Positions 9,609 through 20,500 of a DNA stretch of 47,053 bases are shown in pieces. The first letter of the stretch is position 1. Each line of letters starts with the position of its first letter. The DNA lies in contig JAQXQC010000038.1 of assembly GCA_029100965.1 (NCBI GenBank), forward strand, positions 1 to 47,053, read 5' to 3'. Source of the DNA: Bacilli bacterium. Its GTDB lineage: Bacteria > Bacillota_I > Bacilli_A > RF39 > UBA660. The notes under the pieces were generated by a model that was given only the letters and a program-made list of their open reading frames with translations, had not been told where the DNA came from and did not search any database. A program made the translations under genes and the position numbers.

Positions 9609-9962
9609 ATGGTGATGTTTATGGAAATAAAAATTAATAAAGAAATAAGAAGTTATACAGAAAATATTTATTTTGGATTGTCTTTAAGGCAATTCTTTTT
9701 TTCTGTATTAGCTTGTGTATTGGCAATAATTATATATTTTACATTTCATGGGATTCTTCCTAATGAAATTGTTTCTTGGTTATGTATATTGGTAGCAATT
9801 CTACCTATTACGATTGGTTTTGTAACATATAATGGAATGCCTGCTGAAGTATTTTTGAAAGAAATTTTTAAATTCTATTTTCTAATTCCAAGGTATTTAG
9901 TGTTCAAGCCTGTTAATTATTACAATGAAGTTTTGAAAAGGAAGGAGAACTATGATGTTTAA
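9609..9962 (+). CDS. PrgI-family / VirB3-like membrane protein
   Basis: Two TM helices; the stop overlaps the VirB4 start, the usual VirB3-VirB4 arrangement. Confidence 0.7.
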   Translation: MVMFMEIKINKEIRSYTENIYFGLSLRQFFFSVLACVLAIIIYFTFHGILPNEIVSWLCILVAILPITIGFVTYNGMPAEVFLKEIFKFYFLIPRYLVFKPVNYYNEVLKRKENYDV

Positions 9963-12285
9963 ATTAAAGAAAAAAGAAATGGAAAAGTTTATTGCTCCTA
10001 AAGGAGTACAAGATATTATTCCTGTTATAAGAATATGGGAAGATGGTATTTTTTTAGTAGGGAAAAATAAGTATTCTAAAACATTTCAATTTACAGATAT
10101 TAATTATGCAGTAGCAAGTAGAAGTGATAAGGAAGGAATGTTTCTAGATTATAGTGAATTATTAAATTCACTTGATACTGGAGCTACAACAAAAATAACA
10201 ATTTACAATAGAAGATTAAATAAAGTTGATTTTGAAAACAATATATTAATTCCTATGAATGGAGATAATTTAGATGAGTATAGAAAAGAATATAATAATT
10301 ATCTTTTAAATCAGGCAGTTGGAATTAATGGTATTATACAAGAAAAATATTTAACAGTTACTATTTCTAAAAAAACTTTAGAAGAAGCTAGAAACTACTT
10401 TAATAGAATTTACTCCGACTTGTTTTCTCATTTTTCTAAACTAGGTTCTAAATGTATTGAATTAAATGCTGATGATAGATTAAGGATAGCTCATGATTTT
10501 TATAGGGTAGGAGATGAAAATAATTATCATTTTGATATTCTTTGTAATATGAAAAAAGGACATAGTTTTGCAGATTACATTTGTCCTGATATTTATGAAA
10601 ATAATAAGGATTATTTTAAAGTAGGAGAGAAGTTTGGAAGAGTTTTATATTTAAAAGAGTATGCTAATTATATTAAAGATTCTTTTGTTACAGAGTTAAC
10701 TGATTTAAGTAGAAATATTATGTTAAGTATTGATGTTATACCAATTCCAATGGATGAGGCAGTTCGTGAAGTTGAAAATAGAAGGTTAGGAGTAGAAACA
10801 AACATTACAAATTGGCAAAGAAGGCAGAATGCAAATAATAATTTTAGTGCTATAGTCCCTTATGATTTAGAGCAACAAAGAAAAGAGAGTAAAGAATTTT
10901 TAGATGATTTAACATTAAGAGATCAGAGAATGTTTTTGTCAGTTTTAACAATGGTTCATTTAGCAGATACCAAAGAGCAATTAGATAGTGATACAGATAG
11001 TATATTATCAATTGTTAGGAAGCATCTTTGTCAATTTGCATGTCTTAAATATCAACAATTAGATGCTTTGAAAACAGTGATGCCGTATGGAGTTAATTAT
11101 ATTCATGCTTTAAGAACTTTAACTACAGAATCTTTAGCAGCTTTTATTCCTTTTAGAGTTCAAGAAGTAAATCATGAAAATGGAATTTATTATGGATTAA
11201 ATGTAATTAGTAAAAATATGATTATTGCTGATCGAAAACAGTTATTGAATGGAAATTCTTTTATTTTAGGAGTAAGTGGTTCGGGAAAATCTTTTATAGC
11301 TAAAAATGAAGCAGTTTCTATTATGCTAAAGGATAAAAATGCTGATGTAATAATTATTGATCCAGAAAGGGAATATTCTTCTTTGGTAAAGGCTTTAGGA
11401 GGAGAAGTAATTACTATTTCTGCAACGAGTGATAATCATATAAATGCTATGGATATGAATAGTGAATATGGAGATGGAGCAAATCCTGTAATATTAAAAT
11501 CCGAATTTTTATTGTCGCTATGTGAGCAATTGATTGGAAAAAATAATTTGGGAGCAAAACAAAAATCAATTATTGATAGATGTACAGCAAGTACTTATCG
11601 GCATTATCAACAAGGAAATTATAAAGGTATTCCACCGACACTTCAAGATTTTAGAGAAGAACTTTTAAAACAAGTAGAACCAGAAGCAAAGGATATTGCT
11701 CTTGCTTTAGAATTATTTACAAATGGTAGTTTAAATACTTTTGCTAAAAATACAAATGTTGATACAAATAGTAGATTAGTTTGCTACGATATTTTAGATT
11801 TAGGTAAACAGTTATTACCGATTGGAATGCTAGTAGTGTTGGATAGTATTTTGAATAGAATTACTAAGAATCGCTATGCAGGGAAAAATACTTATATATT
11901 TATTGATGAAATATATTTATTGTTTAATTATGAATATTCTGCAAACTTTTTATTTACTTTATGGAAAAGAGTAAGAAAATATGGGGCTTATTGTACTGGA
12001 ATAACACAGAATGTTGAAGATTTGTTGCAAAGTCATACTGCAAGAACAATGCTTTCAAATAGTGAATTTATTGTAATGTTGAATCAAGCAAGTATTGATC
12101 GAGATGAGTTAGCAAAATTATTAAATATTTCTGACTTACAAATGAATTATATTACTAATGTTAAAGAGGGGAATGGTCTTATTAAAATTGGTAGTATTTT
12201 AGTTCCTTTTATGAGTAATTTTCCTAAAAATACAAAGTTATATCAGTTGATGACGACAAAACCTAATGAAAATGGTGTAAATTAG
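9952..12285 (+). CDS. VirB4-like conjugal transfer ATPase
   Basis: 777 aa; Walker A GVSGSGKSF, Walker B YIFIDEIY. Confidence 0.9.
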   Translation: MMFKLKKKEMEKFIAPKGVQDIIPVIRIWEDGIFLVGKNKYSKTFQFTDINYAVASRSDKEGMFLDYSELLNSLDTGATTKITIYNRRLNKVDFENNILIPMNGDNLDEYRKEYNNYLLNQAVGINGIIQEKYLTVTISKKTLEEARNYFNRIYSDLFSHFSKLGSKCIELNADDRLRIAHDFYRVGDENNYHFDILCNMKKGHSFADYICPDIYENNKDYFKVGEKFGRVLYLKEYANYIKDSFVTELTDLSRNIMLSIDVIPIPMDEAVREVENRRLGVETNITNWQRRQNANNNFSAIVPYDLEQQRKESKEFLDDLTLRDQRMFLSVLTMVHLADTKEQLDSDTDSILSIVRKHLCQFACLKYQQLDALKTVMPYGVNYIHALRTLTTESLAAFIPFRVQEVNHENGIYYGLNVISKNMIIADRKQLLNGNSFILGVSGSGKSFIAKNEAVSIMLKDKNADVIIIDPEREYSSLVKALGGEVITISATSDNHINAMDMNSEYGDGANPVILKSEFLLSLCEQLIGKNNLGAKQKSIIDRCTASTYRHYQQGNYKGIPPTLQDFREELLKQVEPEAKDIALALELFTNGSLNTFAKNTNVDTNSRLVCYDILDLGKQLLPIGMLVVLDSILNRITKNRYAGKNTYIFIDEIYLLFNYEYSANFLFTLWKRVRKYGAYCTGITQNVEDLLQSHTARTMLSNSEFIVMLNQASIDRDELAKLLNISDLQMNYITNVKEGNGLIKIGSILVPFMSNFPKNTKLYQLMTTKPNENGVN

Positions 12286-12362
12286 TATTTTATTTATGTA
12301 TTATTAATTAATTTATGTTAAAATGTAGTAGAGCCTAAAGGTAGTAGAATGGGGTGAAATTA

Positions 12363-12638
12363 ATGAAAAAATCTGAAATTATTGCATTAATTGCTGAGAA
12401 TACTGAATTAAGTAAAGCAGATGTTGAAAGAGTTTATAATGCAACTTTTGATTTGTTTAAGGATGAATTAGCAAAAGGTAATAAAATTTCAGTTTCAGGA
12501 TTTGGTACTTTTGATATTTCTGAAAGAGCAGAAAGAGAAGGTAGAAATCCTCAAACTGGTGAAACAATTAAGATTGCTGCTAGTAAATCAGTAAAATTTA
12601 AAGCTGGTAAAGAATTAAAAGAAAAAGTTAATGGTTAA
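12363..12638 (+). CDS. hup: HU-family DNA-binding protein
   Basis: GFGTFDISERAEREGRNPQTGETIKIAASKSVKFKAGKELK is a canonical HU beta-arm signature. The ATG at 12363 is preferred over the GTG at 12354. Confidence 0.9.
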   Translation: MKKSEIIALIAENTELSKADVERVYNATFDLFKDELAKGNKISVSGFGTFDISERAEREGRNPQTGETIKIAASKSVKFKAGKELKEKVNG

Positions 12639-12641
12639 TAT

Positions 12642-14189
12642 TTGGAAAACATAATTCAAACGAGATTTTTATATATTTTAAGCAATGTATTTAAATCTTT
12701 TTTTTTTTGTGGGGTGATTGACATAAAGATAAAGGTAAAAAATATTTCTAAAAACGGAATAAAATTACTAAAAAAAGAAATTATTTTAGCTGATAAGTTA
12801 AAAGATAATGTAGTTGATATAAAAAATAAAAGTAATGAATTAGTAGCCAAAGATGATTGTAATATTACTGAGTACGCTAATAATAAAGTTAATGAATTTA
12901 CAAAATTATCTACGGAAAAAAACTTAAAAAAAATTAATGGAATTGGGCGTAAATCATTTAGAAACACAAAGAAAAATTTCATAAAATTAAAGAATAAAAT
13001 ATCAAAAAATAAAAGTAATAAGAGAAATAAAACTAATATAAAAATAAAATCCTCAAATAACAACTTAAATAATGTTCAAACTATGAATAAAATAGTAAAA
13101 AGAGATTCACAAAATCAGTCATTAAATTTTTTAAAAAGAAAATTAAGAAATTCAATAGTAATTGTAAAAAAATCAGTAAGAGCAGCATTTATTACTATTA
13201 AAAATACAATAACAGGCATGAAGGCAGTAGTAGAGTTATTGATAGCTGGTGGTTGGGTTATAGTAATTATTATAATTATAGTATGTATTGTTGGAATATT
13301 GTGTACTTCTAGTTTTGGTATCCTTTTTTCCAATGAGCAAGATGATGATAGTTTGAAAATATCTGCTATTATAGTAGAAATTAATAATGATTTAAGCAGT
13401 AAAGTGGAAGAAATAAAAAGAAATAATATTTATGATAATTGTAATATTAATACTAGTATTTCTAATTGGAAAGAAATATTAGCTTTTTATAGTGTTTATG
13501 CAATTAGCAATAACAAAGATTCTATTACTTTTGATAGAGATAAAGTAAGTGATATTAAAAGAATTTTTTGGGAATTTAATACTATAAATTATAGATTAGA
13601 TTTAAATAAAGTTTTATATATAGATATTAATAGTAAAAGTTTAGAGAAAATGATGAATAATTATAATTTTTCTTTAGACCAAAAGGAGGAAGTTAATAAT
13701 TTATTAAATAGTGAACTTGATTCAATGTGGAATGGAATTATATATAATAGCACAAATAATAATAAATGGATATTTCCTGTAAGTGATTTTTATGTTATTA
13801 CAACTTATTATAGTCAAGAGCATCAGGCTTTAGATATAGCGTCATCATATAATACTAATATTCATTCAATCGCGGATGGAACAGTTATTTTAGTAAAAAA
13901 TGGGTGCGTTGCTGGTAATTTATCTTGTAATGGTAAAGCAGGTAATTATATAACAATTAAACATGACGGAGGATATTATTCTCAATATATGCATTTAAAT
14001 AAAATAATGGTAAATGTAGGGGATAAGGTTAGTGCAGGAGATGTGATTGGAACTATGGGAAATACTGGAAATGTTATTCCAATTCCTCCTAATTCATCTT
14101 CAAAATTAGGAACGCATTTGCATTTTGTACTATATGATGGGCAAAGAAAAAATTTAAAAATAAATCCAACTATCTTTTTTAATTTGTAA
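12642..14189 (+). CDS. Membrane-anchored M23 metallopeptidase (T4SS cell-wall hydrolase). Start uncertain.
   Basis: C-terminal HQALDIA ... GNYITIKHDGGYYSQYMHL ... GNTGN ... GTHLHF M23 motifs; one TM helix (LLIAGGWVIVIIIIIVCIVGILC); K/N-rich N-terminal region. The TTG at 12642 has no clear RBS. Confidence 0.8.
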   Translation: MENIIQTRFLYILSNVFKSFFFCGVIDIKIKVKNISKNGIKLLKKEIILADKLKDNVVDIKNKSNELVAKDDCNITEYANNKVNEFTKLSTEKNLKKINGIGRKSFRNTKKNFIKLKNKISKNKSNKRNKTNIKIKSSNNNLNNVQTMNKIVKRDSQNQSLNFLKRKLRNSIVIVKKSVRAAFITIKNTITGMKAVVELLIAGGWVIVIIIIIVCIVGILCTSSFGILFSNEQDDDSLKISAIIVEINNDLSSKVEEIKRNNIYDNCNINTSISNWKEILAFYSVYAISNNKDSITFDRDKVSDIKRIFWEFNTINYRLDLNKVLYIDINSKSLEKMMNNYNFSLDQKEEVNNLLNSELDSMWNGIIYNSTNNNKWIFPVSDFYVITTYYSQEHQALDIASSYNTNIHSIADGTVILVKNGCVAGNLSCNGKAGNYITIKHDGGYYSQYMHLNKIMVNVGDKVSAGDVIGTMGNTGNVIPIPPNSSSKLGTHLHFVLYDGQRKNLKINPTIFFNL

Positions 14190-14208
14190 TAATAAAATTA
14201 AAAAAATA

Positions 14209-14238
14209 TTGTACTAACTGGAAAAAATGTTATATAAT
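14209..14238 (+). promoter_or_regulatory. Candidate sigma-A promoter for the first cargo gene
   Basis: TTGTAC, 18-nt spacer, TATAAT (14233-14238). Confidence 0.4.
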
Positions 14239-14266
14239 GTAAATTGTAGGAGAGGTGTGTTAAAAA

Positions 14267-15331
14267 ATGAATAAAAAAATATTTCGATTGTTTGTAGTAT
14301 TATTGGGATTTTTATTTCCAAATTTTGTTTTTGCAGCAGAAGATTCCTCGGCGTTTTTACAAATATATTATGATGAGGGAATGAGTTCTGGAGTTTACAA
14401 ATCTGAATCTGATGTTCCTGAAGGATTGCATTCGTGCATTGAAAATTACAAAGGTTTTAGTTATGATGGGGATAAAACGGTTACATTCAACAATGTGAAA
14501 AATCCTTATGTTGTTGCTTTAAAGTCCGTGAATATAAAAATTGCGGGAAATAATAATATTAGTATGTTTGGAAATCGTGCTAGTAATGAAGAATTAGCTA
14601 AGATTTCTGTAACTGGAGATGGAGTATTAACAATTAAAAAGGCTGTAGCATTAGGAGAAAGCACTAAAGAATATACAAATAATGATTTATTAGAATATGC
14701 TAAACAATTTGTTTCAACTGATTTACCAACTTATATTAATTGTGAGGGTGATTTAGTGATTGGTGGAAAAAAACCAATTTGTGAAATCAATAAAGATTTT
14801 GTAGGAATATCAAGTGATAAAGATTTAACTGATTATTCATTGGAAGTTATCGATAATAAAGATAAAATTTCTAATGAAAAAATGGACTTAATTAATACAA
14901 ATATTGGTGGTAAATTACTATATTCGTATGATGTTAATTTGTTGAATGGAGACAACACTAAAGTTACTAGTGGTAATTTTAAAATTAAATTTCCAATTAA
15001 TGATGAGTTAAAAAAGTATAGTGAATTTAAGGCTGTTTATTTGGATTCTAATTATGATGTAAAGGAAACTTTCGAAGTAGAGAAAGTTAATGATTATTTA
15101 GTTTTTAGTACTAATCATTTAAGTAATTATGCTCTTGTTGGATTACAAACAATGGGAGATATAAATAATGATGGAAAAATTGATTTAAAAGATGTTATTA
15201 AATTATTAAAAGTATATTTAAAAGTAGAGGAAGCTCCATCAAATATTATCGAAGTTGGAGATATGAATAATAATGGTAAAATTGATATGAATGATATTAT
15301 TAAATTACTAAAAACTTATTTAAATTCCTAG
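14267..15331 (+). CDS. Secreted dockerin-bearing protein A (unknown N-terminal domain)
   Basis: Signal peptide ...FVFA-AE; C-terminal two-repeat dockerin GDINNDGKIDLKDVIKLLKVYL / GDMNNNGKIDMNDIIKLLKTYL. Confidence 0.85.
   Translation: MNKKIFRLFVVLLGFLFPNFVFAAEDSSAFLQIYYDEGMSSGVYKSESDVPEGLHSCIENYKGFSYDGDKTVTFNNVKNPYVVALKSVNIKIAGNNNISMFGNRASNEELAKISVTGDGVLTIKKAVALGESTKEYTNNDLLEYAKQFVSTDLPTYINCEGDLVIGGKKPICEINKDFVGISSDKDLTDYSLEVIDNKDKISNEKMDLINTNIGGKLLYSYDVNLLNGDNTKVTSGNFKIKFPINDELKKYSEFKAVYLDSNYDVKETFEVEKVNDYLVFSTNHLSNYALVGLQTMGDINNDGKIDLKDVIKLLKVYLKVEEAPSNIIEVGDMNNNGKIDMNDIIKLLKTYLNS
15155..15328 (+). other. Dockerin module (two Ca-binding repeats) of protein A
   Basis: A DxNxDGxIDxxD loop followed by a helix, occurring twice. 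Confidence 0.8.
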
Positions 15332-15365
15332 AAAGTAGTGTTTTTATTAATTACTACTTTTTTTG
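15332..15365 (+). terminator. Rho-independent terminator
   Basis: AAAGTAGT / ACTACTTT 8-bp stem followed by a T run. Confidence 0.65.
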
Positions 15366-15455
15366 TTTAAACTTTATAAATTTATTATTATATATTTATT
15401 GAAATTAACCATTAAATAGGTGTAGAAGATATTTTTGTAAGAAAAGGAGAAGAAA

Positions 15456-17435
15456 ATGAGAAAAAAATTATTAGTATTTATTTTAATGCTATTTCCGATT
15501 ATGGTGGATGCAAAGGTTGTAAATCAATATACTTATACAAAAAATGAATCACTTTATTGGACAGGGTTAGATACTGTTGGTTTAGGGTACAACTCTGAAA
15601 ATGTTTATCCCATATATGATTATGTGGATGAAAATGGATATTTTCATAATGTTTATCAAACTAGGGATTTAAATTATTTATATTGGAGTAGTTATGATAA
15701 AAGTATGAAAATGACCAATACCATTAAAATTCCAATGTATTTTAATAAGGATAATTTAGATACTATAGGTGAAATATTTTATCATCCTTTTGCTCAAGCG
15801 ATATATAAAGATGGTTATTTGTATGTTGCTTATACATTTCCTGCTACAAATAAAAGTCTAGGAAGTGTTTATACTCAAAAGGTATTAGCTATTGTGAAAT
15901 ATGATACAGATGGAAATGTTATTGTCTCAAAAGATTATACTGGAGAAGTATTGAATGCTTCAAATTATCAGAGTGGTGGTTCGCAGATTATTGCTTATGG
16001 GACATCATCTGTTAGTATGACTTTGAATAATGATGAATTAACTTTGTTCTTTGGTAGGAACATGTATAATAGTCATGAATCTAGTTTGTTTGCCGTTTTC
16101 GACAAAGATACATTGACACATAAAAGTGTTTTTTATAAAGATTATTCGATGGAATTAGGTGGTAAGTATTACAAACTTGCTCAATTATCCATTTCTCATT
16201 CCTTGGGGCAAAGGATAATTACAACTTCTGATAATGAGTATTTAGCGGTAGAATTGGGAGATGCCTATCCAAGAGGAGTTGTGTTAACGAAAACAGCTTT
16301 AACTTATGATTCGGAGTATGATTTAAATTATTACGAACCTAGACAATTATTAATGTCTTCATTTAGTGAATCTGCTAAAGGAAGTAATGGAAACAATATT
16401 ATAAATTATGAGTTAGGAAATATTATTGAACTGGATGATGGATATTTATTAGTTGGAGCTACTACTAAGAATTTAACTTTAAATTGGTCGAGTTATATGA
16501 ATAATCCTTATAATCTATATGTACAAAAATATAAAAAAGATATTCATAGTTGTAAAAATGCTGAAGGTTGTCAGTTGTTTAACGTTGATTCTATAAGTGC
16601 TACTGGTGATAAACCAACGGATACTTCTAGTGGTGATATTTATTTGACTGGAAAAGAAATTAATTATGGAATGAACTTTTTAACAGATTTTAATAATAGT
16701 TCTATTATGATGCTTAGAGCAGTAAAGTTAAACAATAATAATGTGGCAATATTTTTTGAAGAAAGGGCAGTAACAACTTCAAATGATAAATTAACTGTTG
16801 ATACGAGTAAAAAAAGTAGTGCTTATTACATGGTAATAGATCATGATGCTAATATAATTGTACCTAAAACAAAATTAGATAATGTAACTTTAAGTGGTGA
16901 AGAGCATTATGTGTATCATGATGGTTATGTTTATTTTAGTTCTATTTATGATAAAACGATAACAGTAAATAAGATAGATGTTTTGAATCAAATAGAAAGT
17001 ATTAATTTGGATAAAAGTGAAGTGTCTATAGATTATAATCATTCTATTAAAATAAATGCTACATTAAATCCAAGTGATACTTTTATGGATAAAACGATAA
17101 AATGGACATCAAGTAATCCTTTGGTTGCTGACGTTGATCAATCAGGCACGATAACGGCAAAGTACCCTGGTAGTGCAGTTATTACAGCAACAACTTCAAA
17201 TGATAAAAAGGCTACAGTTAAGGTAAATGTAACGGGTGATTATCCTGTAGTGAAAGGCGATATTAATGGGGATAATAAGATAACTCTTTCAGATGTATTA
17301 TTATTGATAAAGATTTATTTTGGAAAGATAACACCAACAAATGTTCAGGTAATAGCAGGAGATTTTAATGGTAATAGTAAAATAGATTTGAGTGATATTT
17401 CGTCTGAAATAAAATTGTATTTTAATAAAAATTAA
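15456..17435 (+). CDS. Secreted dockerin-bearing protein B (about 480-aa unknown domain, then Big_2, then dockerin)
   Basis: Signal peptide; Big_2-like segment at about 16990-17232 (LNPSDT..KTIKWTSSNPLVADVDQSGTITA); dockerin GDINGDNKITLSDVLLLIKIYF / GDFNGNSKIDLSDISSEIKLYF. Confidence 0.85.
   Translation: MRKKLLVFILMLFPIMVDAKVVNQYTYTKNESLYWTGLDTVGLGYNSENVYPIYDYVDENGYFHNVYQTRDLNYLYWSSYDKSMKMTNTIKIPMYFNKDNLDTIGEIFYHPFAQAIYKDGYLYVAYTFPATNKSLGSVYTQKVLAIVKYDTDGNVIVSKDYTGEVLNASNYQSGGSQIIAYGTSSVSMTLNNDELTLFFGRNMYNSHESSLFAVFDKDTLTHKSVFYKDYSMELGGKYYKLAQLSISHSLGQRIITTSDNEYLAVELGDAYPRGVVLTKTALTYDSEYDLNYYEPRQLLMSSFSESAKGSNGNNIINYELGNIIELDDGYLLVGATTKNLTLNWSSYMNNPYNLYVQKYKKDIHSCKNAEGCQLFNVDSISATGDKPTDTSSGDIYLTGKEINYGMNFLTDFNNSSIMMLRAVKLNNNNVAIFFEERAVTTSNDKLTVDTSKKSSAYYMVIDHDANIIVPKTKLDNVTLSGEEHYVYHDGYVYFSSIYDKTITVNKIDVLNQIESINLDKSEVSIDYNHSIKINATLNPSDTFMDKTIKWTSSNPLVADVDQSGTITAKYPGSAVITATTSNDKKATVKVNVTGDYPVVKGDINGDNKITLSDVLLLIKIYFGKITPTNVQVIAGDFNGNSKIDLSDISSEIKLYFNKN
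17256..17432 (+). other. Dockerin module (two repeats, divergent type) of protein B
   Basis: Two DxNGxxKIxLSD loops, each followed by a helix. Confidence 0.75.
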
Positions 17436-17515
17436 CAAGGAATGTTATTAATTTTTTATTGATTAAGTTGCTAATATATTATTAATCATAGTGTAAAAAA
17501 TAACTGACATATTTA

Positions 17516-17544
17516 TTGAAGATGGAGATTTTATATGATATAAT
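17516..17544 (+). promoter_or_regulatory. Candidate extended -10 sigma-A promoter of the scaffoldin gene
   Basis: TTGAAG, 17-nt spacer, TGaTATAAT (TATAAT at 17539-17544). Confidence 0.5.
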
Positions 17545-17565
17545 ATCATTGGAGGAGGATGTGAA

Positions 17566-20500
17566 TTGAAAAGGATACAAAAGAGCCAAAAAATGAAGGC
17601 TCAAAGAAAGGTTAAAAAGGGGGTTTTGGGCCTTGGAATATTTCTTTCTTGTTTTTTAGCGGCTATTGTTTATGTTTGTGCAGCGGATGTTCCTACATTT
17701 ACATTAAAGACTGACAATACCAAATTAGAACGTGGTCAAGAATTTACTATTTCTGTCGAGACAAGTAATATGCCAGATTCTACTGAATTAGCGGACATAA
17801 TAACTTATGATACAGATGCTTTTGAATTATCTGATTATGATGATACTACTGCTAATTTAACTAAAAAAGATGTTACTAAGTTAATTGTTCCTTCGGAAGA
17901 AGATGGAATGGTTGCATTCATTATGGGAGTAAATGATGATGCGTTAGAAGCAGGAAAAAGAATTAATTACAATGGCATTTTACATACAGTAACATTTACA
18001 GTAAAAGATTCAGCAAAAGGTGGAAAATATGAATTTCAACTTAATTCTTCATTAAATAATGTAGACACTGAAATTGATACTAAATCCCAAAATTTAAGTG
18101 TTGATGTTGTAATACCAGTTGATCAAACAAGTGTTAGTTTAGCAAAAGATACATTTGAATTGAATAAAGGTGAAACTGCTCAAATCAATGTAAATTATGC
18201 TCCAGCTGATACGACTGATTCCAAAGAATTTACATATTCGGGTTATAATGATAAGATTATTTCTGTTTCTAGTGATGGAAAAATTACTGCTCTTAGTGCA
18301 GGTACAACTACTATAACTGTAAATGCTTTTGGAAAAGATTATACAGCAAATGTAACAGTAACTAATCATATTAAAAGTGTTTCATTAGATGAGTCAACAT
18401 TAGAATTGGCAAAGGGAAATAGTAAGACATTGGTTGCTACTATTAATCCATCAGATACAAGTGATTCAAAAACAATTACTTGGACAAGCTCAGATAAGAA
18501 TGTTGCTACAGTTGATGAAAATGGTAAGATTAATGCTGTTGGAGTTGGAACTGCTAATATAAAAGCAACAACAGTAAATGGTATGGAAGCTATTTGTAAG
18601 GTAACCGTTATTGTTCCATTAACTAATGCAACTCTTAGTAGTAGTAATTTGACTGTAGAAAAAGGTGAAAGTAGAAAATTAAGTGTTACTTTAGAGCCTA
18701 AAGATACAACGGTTAATGACATTCAATGGACAAGTTCAGATGAGTCTATTGCAGCAGTTGATGAAAACGGTAATGTTACTGGAATTAGTAATGGAACTGC
18801 AAAAATCACTGCAAAAGTTGGTAATTTCACTTTAGAGTGCAATGTTACTGTAGTAATTTCATTGAAGGATATTACTTTAAGTGATACAGATATTAAATTA
18901 TTACCAACTCAGAAGAAGAAAATTGATGTTGTTTACAATCCTACTGATACTACTGATAATAAAACAATTACATGGGATAGTAATAATAAAAATATAGCAA
19001 CCGTTTCTTCAGATGGAACTATAACTGCTGTTGCTAGTGGTACAACTACAATCACAGCAAAAATTGGTAATATTACTAAAAATGTTAATGTTAAAGTTTT
19101 AGTTCCAATTGATAATGTAATTATTCAACCAAGTTCAGATATTACATTAGATAAAGGAAAAAGTACAACTTTATCTGTAAGTTTTTATCCAGATAATGCT
19201 GAAGAGGACAAGACTGTTATTTGGTCAAGTGATAAAGAATCAGTAGCAACAGTTGATAAAAATGGAAAGGTTACTGCTATTAGTGGTGGTAAAGCTGTTA
19301 TTACAGGTAAAATTGGTAGTCATGTAGTGACTGCAAATATAACAGTTGAAGTACCTGTTAATAAAGTGGAATTAAATAAGAAAACATTAAATCTTGAAAA
19401 AGGTTCCAATGAAAAATTAATTGCAACTATTGATCCTACTGATGCAACTAGAAAAGACATTGTATGGTCAAGTAATGCTAATGAAGTGGCTTCAGTGTCT
19501 TCGGATGGAGTTGTAACTGCTAAAAAGAACGGAATTGCAATAATTACTGCAACTGTTGATGGAAAGAGTGTGGATTGTACAGTAAATGTTAGTACTTCTG
19601 TTCAATCAGTATCATTAAACAAAACTACAGTTACATTGGAAAATGGTAAAACTACTGAATTAGTTGCAACAGTAAATCCAGTAGATGCTACTTATGATAA
19701 AATTGAATGGACAAGTTCAGATAAGTCTATTGCAACAGTTGTAGATGGAGTTGTAACTGCTAAGAAAAATGGTAAAGCAACTATTACAGCAACTGTTGGA
19801 GGAAAAAGTGCTTCTGCTACTGTACAAGTTATAACTTTGATTGATAAATTTGAAATATCTAAAAGTTCAATATCAATTGTTAAAGGGAAAACTTATCAAT
19901 TAGAAATAACTATTTCTCCAAGTGATACAACAGAAAGTAAAGTTGTTACTTGGGAAAGTGCTAATAAGAATATTGCAACAGTTGATAAAAATGGAGTAGT
20001 AACAGGAGTTAGTAAAGGTACTACTAAAATTACTGGTAAATTAGAAAATGGTAAAACTGTTACTTGTGATGTAGAGGTAACGATAATTCCTGTTGATTCT
20101 ATTTCTTTTGAAAATAGAGTTGTTGATGCATTAAAGGGGAAAAAATTAACTTTAAAATTAAATATTAATCCAGTAGATGCTACAGAGATAGAAGATATTT
20201 CTTATACTAGTGATGATGAAGAAATTGCAACAGTTGATAAAAATGGAGTAGTAACACCTTTAAAGAAAGGTGAAGTTACAATTACAGCAAAGATGGGTAA
20301 TTATACTGCTACGACAAAAATTGTTGTTGATGAAATTCCACTAGAAAGTATTGCATTAATTAGCACTTCCAAAAATCTTAATGTTGGAGAAAAATTAAAA
20401 TTAAACGTAGTACTTAATCCTGAAGGTGCAACAGATGAAGTAACATTTTCTTATCAATCTAGCAACGAAAAAATTGCAACGGTTGATGAAAATGGTAACG

